Source of the DNA: a virus | Taxonomy: Duplodnaviria > Caudoviricetes | Strand: one strand, 5' to 3' | IMG/VR virus record: IMGVR_UViG_3300027780_000006 | Span: 15,753-79,752 of that record | Length of the DNA: 64,000 nt | Shown: positions 58,020 to 64,000 of the stretch, in pieces | Layout of the letters: each line of letters begins with the position of its first letter | Numbering within the stretch: position 1 is the first letter of the stretch | The notes under the pieces: model-generated | What the model saw: the letters and a program-made list of their open reading frames with translations, nothing else | What the model was told of the DNA's origin: nothing | The model's database searches: none | Made by a program: the position numbers and the translations under genes

Positions 58020-58304
58020 TTAGTTGTGTCTTGTATACTCACCTATTAAAGCCTCCCCTGTTAATACTTCACCGAAATTTTTCACTGAACCATCTCTGTA
58101 TTCTCTTACCACTAGTCCACTCCAGTACTCGACATCTAATACACTTTCTGTGTTATTAGTATCGTCATACCACATTGAACCAAGACTATGAGCGTGTAGA
58201 CCTTTAACTTGTTTAGCCCACTTCTCTGCTTTTAATAAAAGTCTTTGTTGTTCTACTCTATCATTGTGCTCAGTCATACCACTCTCCTGTTTGAAAGAAC
58301 TCAT
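58020..58304 (-). CDS. Small hypothetical protein
   Basis: Co-oriented in the packed early cluster. Confidence 0.55.
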   Translation of the reverse strand: MSSFKQESGMTEHNDRVEQQRLLLKAEKWAKQVKGLHAHSLGSMWYDDTNNTESVLDVEYWSGLVVREYRDGSVKNFGEVLTGEALIGEYTRHN

Positions 58305-58887
58305 AAACTAAGTCGTCTGCGTACTCTTGACCATCAAACTCTTCTCCGTCTGCATCAGTATGCATCTTATCCCAGAAGTCATCATCAATTTCACACCCTG
58401 CTCTTTCTTCAATCTTAGCAGTTAATTGGTCTCCGTCAATTTGGCACTGGTCATAATCTACTTCAGCATCGCTTACTGTTATAGTATCATGCCCAAAGAA
58501 GTTTCTGAACTCATCTTCGTATGTCATTGTTAAAGACACGTCGCTTTGGTACTTGTCTGCTACAGCTCTCGCTAGGTGTTCAAACATTTCTGCTGGTTCA
58601 CCCCAAGCAGAGTAGCCATATAAACTGTACTCATCTACTTCCTCTAGGGCACACCACTTCGCTCCGACATTACTAGAATACCAATCGTATGAAGACTCAT
58701 CAGTATACTTAGGTTCTATACTTGCCATGAAAGGTTGTTCTTCTAACTCTTTAATAAAAGTTGTTTCTGTAGTACCTTCTCCATCCCAATTAGCTACTGT
58801 ACGCTGCTCTGTCTCTATCAGAGGTGAGTCCCCTAAGAAATTAAAGTCATCACTACTTGTTATTGTAAAATATACATGATTTGCCAT
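58270..58887 (-). CDS. Acidic hypothetical protein (DUF1281/YubB-like)
   Basis: MANHV.., YDWYSSNVGAKW, SAWGEP, YEDE. Confidence 0.55.
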   Translation of the reverse strand: MANHVYFTITSSDDFNFLGDSPLIETEQRTVANWDGEGTTETTFIKELEEQPFMASIEPKYTDESSYDWYSSNVGAKWCALEEVDEYSLYGYSAWGEPAEMFEHLARAVADKYQSDVSLTMTYEDEFRNFFGHDTITVSDAEVDYDQCQIDGDQLTAKIEERAGCEIDDDFWDKMHTDADGEEFDGQEYADDLVYEFFQTGEWYD

Positions 58888-59288
58888 TATATGTCCCCCT
58901 GTTGTCTGTTTTCTGACCTTGCTACCTCGAAACCATTCGGGTATCTTGCCTCTAGTTTTTTAATATTTTCATCCATTACTTCGTCAGGAGTATAACCTAA
59001 TGCTATACAACCTTGTATCCAGTACCATAAAATATCGCCTAATTCTCTTTTCATATGAAAGCGTTCTGCTTCATTAAATTCTTTACCTTGAAAGATTACT
59101 TTCTTCATAATCTCAGTAAATTCTCCACTCTCAGCTAACATTCCTATTGCTGATGTTAGTACTCTCGGTACGTTTACAGTTCCTTGACTTTGTAAGTCAC
59201 TTGCTCTTTTGATGAAAGCAGTGTAGTCTTTGGACTCATTTGAAGTACAGGCATCAACAAACTTTGCGTAATCGTTAATCTTACTCAT
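58887..59288 (-). CDS. mazG: MazG-like nucleotide pyrophosphohydrolase
   Basis: ESGEF.EIMKK, RELGDILWY and NIKKLEARYP. Confidence 0.88.
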   Translation of the reverse strand: MSKINDYAKFVDACTSNESKDYTAFIKRASDLQSQGTVNVPRVLTSAIGMLAESGEFTEIMKKVIFQGKEFNEAERFHMKRELGDILWYWIQGCIALGYTPDEVMDENIKKLEARYPNGFEVARSENRQQGDI

Positions 59289-59545
59289 TATGCTATACCT
59301 CCACTAATATCGGATATGAACTTCTCTGCTTGTTGTAGAGCGTCCCATTTTTTTCTATCTAAAATCAACTCATCATCTAAAAATGACTGTCCATCCTCCA
59401 GAGTAATATACATATGTATTGTATTCCTTGTTGAAGGGTGTGATTGATACTTTGGTTTTGTATTCGGTGGGTATGCTATGCTTTTTATTTTACTACCATT
59501 CGCGAACATACCAATCGCGTAGTGTCTGTTATATTTATTTTCCAA
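59288..59545 (-). CDS. Small hypothetical protein
   Basis: Coupled in the early cluster. Confidence 0.55.
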   Translation of the reverse strand: MENKYNRHYAIGMFANGSKIKSIAYPPNTKPKYQSHPSTRNTIHMYITLEDGQSFLDDELILDRKKWDALQQAEKFISDISGGIA

Positions 59546-59810
59546 TGTATTTTACCTCTTTGTTTGGAATAACTTGGTAAGCACCTTTGTTATATGCAAT
59601 GCTTACTGTGTATTGTTTACTTACTTCTTTCTTAAATGATTTATCTGCTGGAGTCTTGTACTCTCCTACAGGCATACTAGGTATCTCTACTGTAGGCTTC
59701 ATCGTTTTCTTACTTTGAGCTACAAAGTCTGGCTGTTTTGCCTTTGTATATAGCTTCTTTACTTTTCTTTTACGACCATACTGGTCATACATCATTGAAC
59801 CTTTAATCAT
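59535..59810 (-). CDS. Small basic hypothetical protein
   Basis: AYNKGAYQVI motif. Confidence 0.6.
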   Translation of the reverse strand: MIKGSMMYDQYGRKRKVKKLYTKAKQPDFVAQSKKTMKPTVEIPSMPVGEYKTPADKSFKKEVSKQYTVSIAYNKGAYQVIPNKEVKYIGK

Positions 59811-60021
59811 CTTCGTACTTTAACTCCTCTGGCAGTTCAATACCATTTAATTCGCACAACCTGTTTAGCATTAATTCATACTCACAAGTCAGGTCGCACA
59901 CCATATCGTTTAATTCTGCCAAATCGTTTAGACACAATTTGATTTCAGTTTCGCACTCTTGAAGTGCTGCCCGTAATTTCTTTGCTTCGGTGACTGTGGG
60001 GAACTGTAATAAAATTCCCAT
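59803..60021 (-). CDS. Small coiled-coil protein
   Basis: Heptad pattern. Confidence 0.55.
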   Translation of the reverse strand: MGILLQFPTVTEAKKLRAALQECETEIKLCLNDLAELNDMVCDLTCEYELMLNRLCELNGIELPEELKYEDD

Positions 60022-60231
60022 CAGTCATTCCCAAGTGCGAACACTACTACTAGCATTACGCACATTGTTATCAGTGTGTAGATACTTATCTCAAACACTA
60101 TCTTCCTTGACCTCTGTACTTTTTGAATGAACGCTTTTTGTTTTTGTTCATATTTAAACTTACTCTGCCGTGGCTATCGCCCTGTGAAGTTTTCTTCACT
60201 ACACTAACGTGTTTTGCTTTGCCTCCCCACC

Positions 60232-60453
60232 TCATGATGTCACCTCTGGAGCATACCACTCAATCTTGATACCTCTACGAACTAATTCGTTTAAGCACTT
60301 TTGTCTTACTTTAGGTTTTGTTCTTGTCTCATTGACAGTCTTGAACAACTCCTCTTTGGTAACTTGTTTTATGTAGTAGTGTCTAGTTGGCAGTTTTCCT
60401 GCTGGTACACCTTTTCTGTACACTTTTTCACTTTCTTTAAATTTTACTGGCAT
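60232..60453 (-). CDS. Small basic hypothetical protein
   Basis: 73 aa; coupled to the upstream gene. Confidence 0.6.
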   Translation of the reverse strand: MPVKFKESEKVYRKGVPAGKLPTRHYYIKQVTKEELFKTVNETRTKPKVRQKCLNELVRRGIKIEWYAPEVTS

Positions 60454-60854
60454 TACGCACCTCCTTTTAGGTTTAATTCTGCTTGTTGTTGTTTGAAGTC
60501 GCCATACTTTTGGAATACATCATTCTTTCCGATGTATAAGTTTGCGTTCTCCCATTTGTTGTTTTGTTTTTGTACTGCATCGTTAATGCGTTCTTTTAGT
60601 ACATCTATTAGTCTTTCATGTATGCAGTCTAACATATCAGTGTATGTAGGGTCTTCCAAGCTGTCGTATGCATAGTGCATAGACTCTCTCATTAGTGACT
60701 CTGAAACATCATGAATGTCTACTAGTAGTTCTTCGGGTTCTGATACATCGAAGCCTTGGTAGTAACTAAGTGTTTCTCTCACATCTTCTGTTGTAAGAAC
60801 ACCATATACTAAGGCATTGTGTCTTTCTTCCCACTCTTTTAGTTCGTTCCACAT
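60453..60854 (-). CDS. Hypothetical protein
   Basis: Start after GAGGA, downstream of the promoter at 60891-60919. Confidence 0.6.
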   Translation of the reverse strand: MWNELKEWEERHNALVYGVLTTEDVRETLSYYQGFDVSEPEELLVDIHDVSESLMRESMHYAYDSLEDPTYTDMLDCIHERLIDVLKERINDAVQKQNNKWENANLYIGKNDVFQKYGDFKQQQAELNLKGGA

Positions 60855-60890
60855 TATAATTTTATCCTCTTGTTTTTTGTTTATAAGCAT

Positions 60891-60919
60891 ATTATACAGA
60901 TATTTGACCTATTTGTCAA
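60891..60919 (-). promoter_or_regulatory. sigma70-type promoter (early small-gene cluster)
   Basis: TTGACA-17-TATAAT. Confidence 0.85.
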
Positions 60920-60970
60920 GAACTATTTTTAATTAAGGAGGGAATTTTGATGTTGTAGTTTGGAAGGAAT

Positions 60971-61005
60971 AAAAAAAGGCAGATGAAAGTTAATTCAACT
61001 GCCCC
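60971..61005 (-). terminator. Rho-independent terminator of the large ncRNA candidate
   Basis: GGCAG..TGAA/TTCA..CTGCC stem followed by T7. Confidence 0.85.
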
Positions 61006-62048
61006 AAAAACTCATCAATAGATTGGTTTTTATGCTTCGCACGAAAGGTAATTAATCTTCCGTACTTGCGAAATAGACTTACTGCAACCGAACAGTGACT
61101 CTAAGAGTTTAGACTTGTCTAACTCAATCCCGAAGGTGTTACTTCATTCGCGTTGACGATACTGCTATTCGCTGATTTGTCTATCGTTACTCACTATACT
61201 ATGTACATAGTAGCTTATCACAATAAATGCTAACTGCCCCCATCTATACTTCCTGTCTACAATTATGTGCCGTTACTCCACTTATTCAGCTCGAAAGCCT
61301 ACTGTATGTGGCGACTCCTACTTGTAGTTCCCTCGAGACTGCTACTAACTTCTAAGAAGTCTTCACTTTCTGTCAATGGGACACTATGGTTGTATATAAA
61401 CCGCAGGTTAGCGTGAAGTCTCTCAATCAGACTCCTTGCCCACTTTACAGCTATTATTTAAAGATGGCTACTGTGCTGCCATCACGAGATATTATGGGTG
61501 TATCTACGCGTCAATCACCTGTCGAAAAGTCTTGTTTAGGAGTTACTCTTACGACTATGCAGTCCTCTCCGTTGTTACGATTTCCTCTCGCTGTTCAGTT
61601 CAGCACTCAATGGCTTGGCGTGACATACTGCTTATCGCTCAACTTACGTACTGCACTAGTGCAATAACTATCGTTCCTTGGAACGCTGTAAGACTTATCG
61701 AATATGTTCGTTTCAAAGTCCTGTCCACCCTCATTGTGCGGCGGGGTCACTTCCCATTTTTACATGTTATCCTGTGAGCCATCGGGTTATCATGCAGTTT
61801 ACTTGATTTAAGGAGTCTCTCTACTGTTGAACAATCTCCTGACCCTTATTCTAGTCAAGGGATTAACTACCGAACAAATACCAGTGAGTCGGACCGGCCT
61901 CTACATCTATGGGGAGAGGTACACCCTAATTTTTAAACCTAAATTAGAAGGTAGAAAAAGAACTCTCGTTTATTTATTCGCTCGCTCCGAGGAGGTCAAT
62001 GCTAAATCATTAATTTTTGCGATTAATGTCCTTTTTCTTTGTTTCTGA
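60971..62048 (-). ncRNA. Candidate large structured non-coding RNA (~1.07 kb)
   Basis: Perfect TTGACA-17-TATAAT promoter, intrinsic terminator, no ORF of 60 aa or more on the transcribed strand, and many hairpins. Confidence 0.7.
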
Positions 62049-62054
62049 ATATAT

Positions 62055-62083
62055 ATTATACTCAATGTCTAACCATTTGTCAA
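62055..62083 (-). promoter_or_regulatory. sigma70-type promoter of the large ncRNA candidate
   Basis: TTGACA-17-TATAAT. Confidence 0.88.
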
Positions 62084-62211
62084 GAAGAATTTTGATTTAT
62101 TTACTACTTGGTAGTTCATACTTCAAACTCAATCCCAACGGGGTAACACCATGTTCTCTATGATGCGAGTCAAGATTGCCTTTGCTTTCTCTTTTCTCTG
62201 AATATACATAT

Positions 62212-62240
62212 ATTATATACGCTTTCTTACCATTTGTCAA
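62212..62240 (-). promoter_or_regulatory. Tandem sigma70-type promoter
   Basis: TTGACA-17-TATAAT; shares TTGACAAATGGT and the ATATTCAGA leader with the promoter at 62055. Confidence 0.85.
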
Positions 62241-62270
62241 GAACTATTTAGGAGAACTTACAAATACTTT

Positions 62271-62398
62271 ACATTTTAAGGTGGGAGTTCAATTCGAATG
62301 AACCTTTCGAAAGTGAGGACAAGAGTCGAACTTGCTACTTTCTTTTTAGATGTGCTTCCGTAGTCACTTCCTGCTTTCGTGTTCCCACTTTAAAATGT
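62271..62398 (-). ncRNA. Candidate tRNA-like RNA with two T-loop hairpins
   Basis: 15/16-bp closing stem, plus GTTCA-TTCGAAT-TGAAC and GCAAG-TTCGACT-CTTGT hairpins. Confidence 0.55.
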
Positions 62399-62501
62399 GA
62401 TGATTAGGTCATCACTCCAGTCTATAGGCGACTAGCCCACTCTATAAATCTCATAAGGAGGTGGATTGAGAGTATCAGTCCACCTATTCCCATTAACTCC
62501 A

Positions 62502-62816
62502 CTAGGATTGAATTGCGTCTGCTAATTTCTGTAGGTCTTGTTTACCTGCTTTTACTAGAGTCGGTACTTCTATGTCGAAGTGTGCTGCTATCATTGTTAC
62601 TAACTCTGATTTGCTTACTACTGTTTCGCCACTTTTAGTCGTTCTAGGTTGTGCTTGGTATACTCCCTCTCTGCTTAGTTTAGCAATAATACTTCTTGTA
62701 GTTTTGCCGAATTGTTCTGCTAATGAGTCTACAGTATCTCTGTTTGGTTCAGCGATGTACGCCTCTACCATTTTTGCTACCATTTCGTCTGTGTAATTTT
62801 TTGCTGTTGTTGCCAT
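62502..62816 (-). CDS. T5 A2-like pre-early DNA-binding protein
   Basis: NYTDEMVAKMVEAY..TTRSIIAKLSREGVY resembles T5 A2; start at MATTAK downstream of the promoter at 62859-62887. Confidence 0.65.
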   Translation of the reverse strand: MATTAKNYTDEMVAKMVEAYIAEPNRDTVDSLAEQFGKTTRSIIAKLSREGVYQAQPRTTKSGETVVSKSELVTMIAAHFDIEVPTLVKAGKQDLQKLADAIQS

Positions 62817-62858
62817 ATTTTTGCCCTTTAATGTTTGTTTGTTTTTGTTTATAAGTAT

Positions 62859-62887
62859 ATTATACTCAAAGTCATCAAGAATGTCAA
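62859..62887 (-). promoter_or_regulatory. sigma70-type promoter (A2-like gene)
   Basis: TTGACA-17-TATAAT. Confidence 0.85.
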
Positions 62888-62975
62888 TAACTTTATCAAA
62901 AAACTTTGCTACAATTGATTGTTTTGCGAAGTAGTTTTGGGTTATCTCTTGTGTGTCTTTTTTCATAATACATAT

Positions 62976-63004
62976 ATTATAAGCGCTTTGGGTCTATTTG
63001 TCAA
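62976..63004 (-). promoter_or_regulatory. sigma70-type promoter
   Basis: TTGACA-17-TATAAT. Confidence 0.85.
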
Positions 63005-63110
63005 TAGTAAATGCGAATTATTTGTAAATTAACACAAAACAATGTCGGGGGCTGGGACGCGAACTGTGTCGGGTATTGTCCAAATTTCCCCAAAAAACGC
63101 AAGAAAACTC

Positions 63111-63139
63111 TTGATACACCCGCAAAAGTGTGTTATAAT
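63111..63139 (+). promoter_or_regulatory. sigma70-type promoter
   Basis: TTGATA-17-TATAAT with TG extension. Confidence 0.75.
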
Positions 63140-63364
63140 ATAAATATCTTACTAGTATCAGTTTTGTACTTCACTTTGGCACTTTCGGCGCAAGTACATC
63201 ACTTTCGCACTTCGTTTTGGTACTTCGGCGCACCCGTTACGGGGTTTTACGCAGTTTTCTCATGGGAAAGTGGTCCTAAGATGCCCATTTTGCGGGGTTT
63301 GTGTAAATTTTCGCCAACTATTGACAAGGATATAAAATTTCTGGCGATATTTTTGAAAAAACTA

Positions 63365-63393
63365 TTGACAAGCTCGGCAAAGTGTGATAAAAT
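63365..63393 (+). promoter_or_regulatory. sigma70-type promoter
   Basis: TTGACA-17-TAAAAT. Confidence 0.75.
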
Positions 63394-63444
63394 CGGCGCG
63401 ATTGAGGTGAAGCAAAAATAATTGAAGAAACTTCGCTTTAGCTA

Positions 63445-63473
63445 TTGACCAAAGCGGGTTTCTCCTATATAAT
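63445..63473 (+). promoter_or_regulatory. sigma70-type promoter
   Basis: TTGACC-17-TATAAT. Confidence 0.8.
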
Positions 63474-63497
63474 ATGTTTATATTTAGGAGAAAGAAA

Positions 63498-63656
63498 ATG
63501 GAAAAAACAAAAAAAGTGGTTAAAAAAGCAGAACCAACAAAAACTGCTTTGGTCAGAGCATTAGAGGAAAAAATCGGAACAGATGTCGGTTTCTTAAACT
63601 CCCTCGAAAGAGCAAACAAAGAAACAATCGTCCGCTTAGCGAAACTCTTCAGCTAA
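63498..63656 (+). CDS. 52-aa basic pre-early protein
   Basis: Own promoter (63445-63473), SD AGGAG and terminator. Confidence 0.75.
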   Translation: MEKTKKVVKKAEPTKTALVRALEEKIGTDVGFLNSLERANKETIVRLAKLFS

Positions 63657-63672
63657 AGTGACAAAAGTCAAG

Positions 63673-63694
63673 AACCCGCGAAAGCGGGTTTTTT
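63673..63694 (+). terminator. Rho-independent terminator
   Basis: AACCCGC-GAAA-GCGGGTT followed by a T run. Confidence 0.9.
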
Positions 63695-63783
63695 ATTGCC
63701 TTTGGATGATAGTAAGTACTCACTATCAGTGCGGCGGGGTAGACTATCAAGGGAAAGTTTTTCCAAAAAAGTGAAAATAATCC

Positions 63784-63812
63784 TTGACCCCGCAGAAATT
63801 TTGTGTTATAAT
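63784..63812 (+). promoter_or_regulatory. sigma70-type promoter
   Basis: TTGACC-17-TATAAT with TG extension. Confidence 0.8.
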
Positions 63813-63837
63813 CGGCGCCTTCGGCTTATTTTATATA

Positions 63838-63951
63838 TCGTTTCGTTACTGCACTTTCGGCGCTACCGCGCGTAGACTTAGACACTTCGTTTCGTTACTG
63901 CACTGCGGCGCAGGTCCAGGAGATATCGTTTCGTTACTGCACTGTCGGCGC
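63838..63951 (+). repeat. Three direct repeats TCGTTTCGTTACTGCACT-(2-3 nt)-CGGCGC-type
   Basis: The 18-nt core is identical at 63838, 63887 and 63926, each followed within a few nt by CGGCGC. Confidence 0.9.
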
Positions 63952-64000
63952 TTCGGTGCAGTCAAAAAAAAAATAAGATCCTAAAAAAAGCTGAATAAGA

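Noticed and set aside
61386-62048. Plus-strand ORFs 61386..61667, 61436..61777 and 61827..62048 as genes
   Set aside because: No SD or promoter, antisense to a promoter-terminator unit, and no protein-like motifs.
60971-62048. Identification as RNase P RNA, tmRNA or a group I/II intron
   Set aside because: No GAGGAAAGUCC, no tRNA-like CCA end, no recognisable intron core and no interrupted host gene; a covariance-model search is still required.
62271-62398. Canonical tRNA gene
   Set aside because: T-arm and D-like arm are present, but there is no 7-nt anticodon loop in a standard arm and no CCA; kept as tRNA-like instead.
62817-62966. N-terminal 50 aa of ORF 62502..62966 as part of the main A2-like protein
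   Set aside because: It runs through a perfect promoter (62859-62887), and the paralog aligns only from MATTAK.
63838-63951. CRISPR array
   Set aside because: Only three repeats, irregular short spacers (periods 49 and 39 nt), and no cas genes in the window.
63011-63984. ORFs 63011..63421, 63362..63619 and 63784..63984 as genes
   Set aside because: They span promoters and repeats and lack SDs.

Overview
This window is a large part of an AT-rich lytic phage genome with T5-like (Demerecviridae-type) gene order. The accessory genes suggest a marine or aquatic host, but that is inference. Positions 1-11140 (+) are the end of the late region: tail-fibre genes, a 1063-aa Thr/Asn-rich fibre and two glycosyltransferase-like genes. 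Positions 11126-55729 (-) hold the T5 replication core: NrdB/NrdA, D15, D14, D13/D12, D11, D10, family A polymerase, primase, D6, D5, a split NAD-dependent ligase and D3. This core is interleaved with many modification enzymes: about six 2OG-Fe(II)/JmjC oxygenases, two radical SAM/SPASM proteins, two QueC-like proteins, two ElaA-like GNATs, a carbamoyltransferase, AsnB, a cytidylyltransferase, sulfotransferase-like proteins and at least five glycosyltransferase-like proteins. The same stretch also carries a lysozyme/spanin cassette and Hsp20. A small + island encodes a methyltransferase, an HTH protein and ribosomal protein bS21. The right end resembles a T5 pre-early/terminal region, with an A2-like gene, dense sigma70 promoters and short repeats. 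Top observations: (1) a ~1.07-kb hairpin-rich transcription unit with no ORF of 60 aa or more on its strand, bounded by a perfect promoter and a terminator (62048->60971), a candidate large ornate ncRNA; (2) a nearby 128-nt tRNA-like element with two T-loops; (3) a mirror-symmetric Thr-rich fibre next to glycosyltransferases. Protein calls rest on motif recognition and T5 synteny; no database searches were run.
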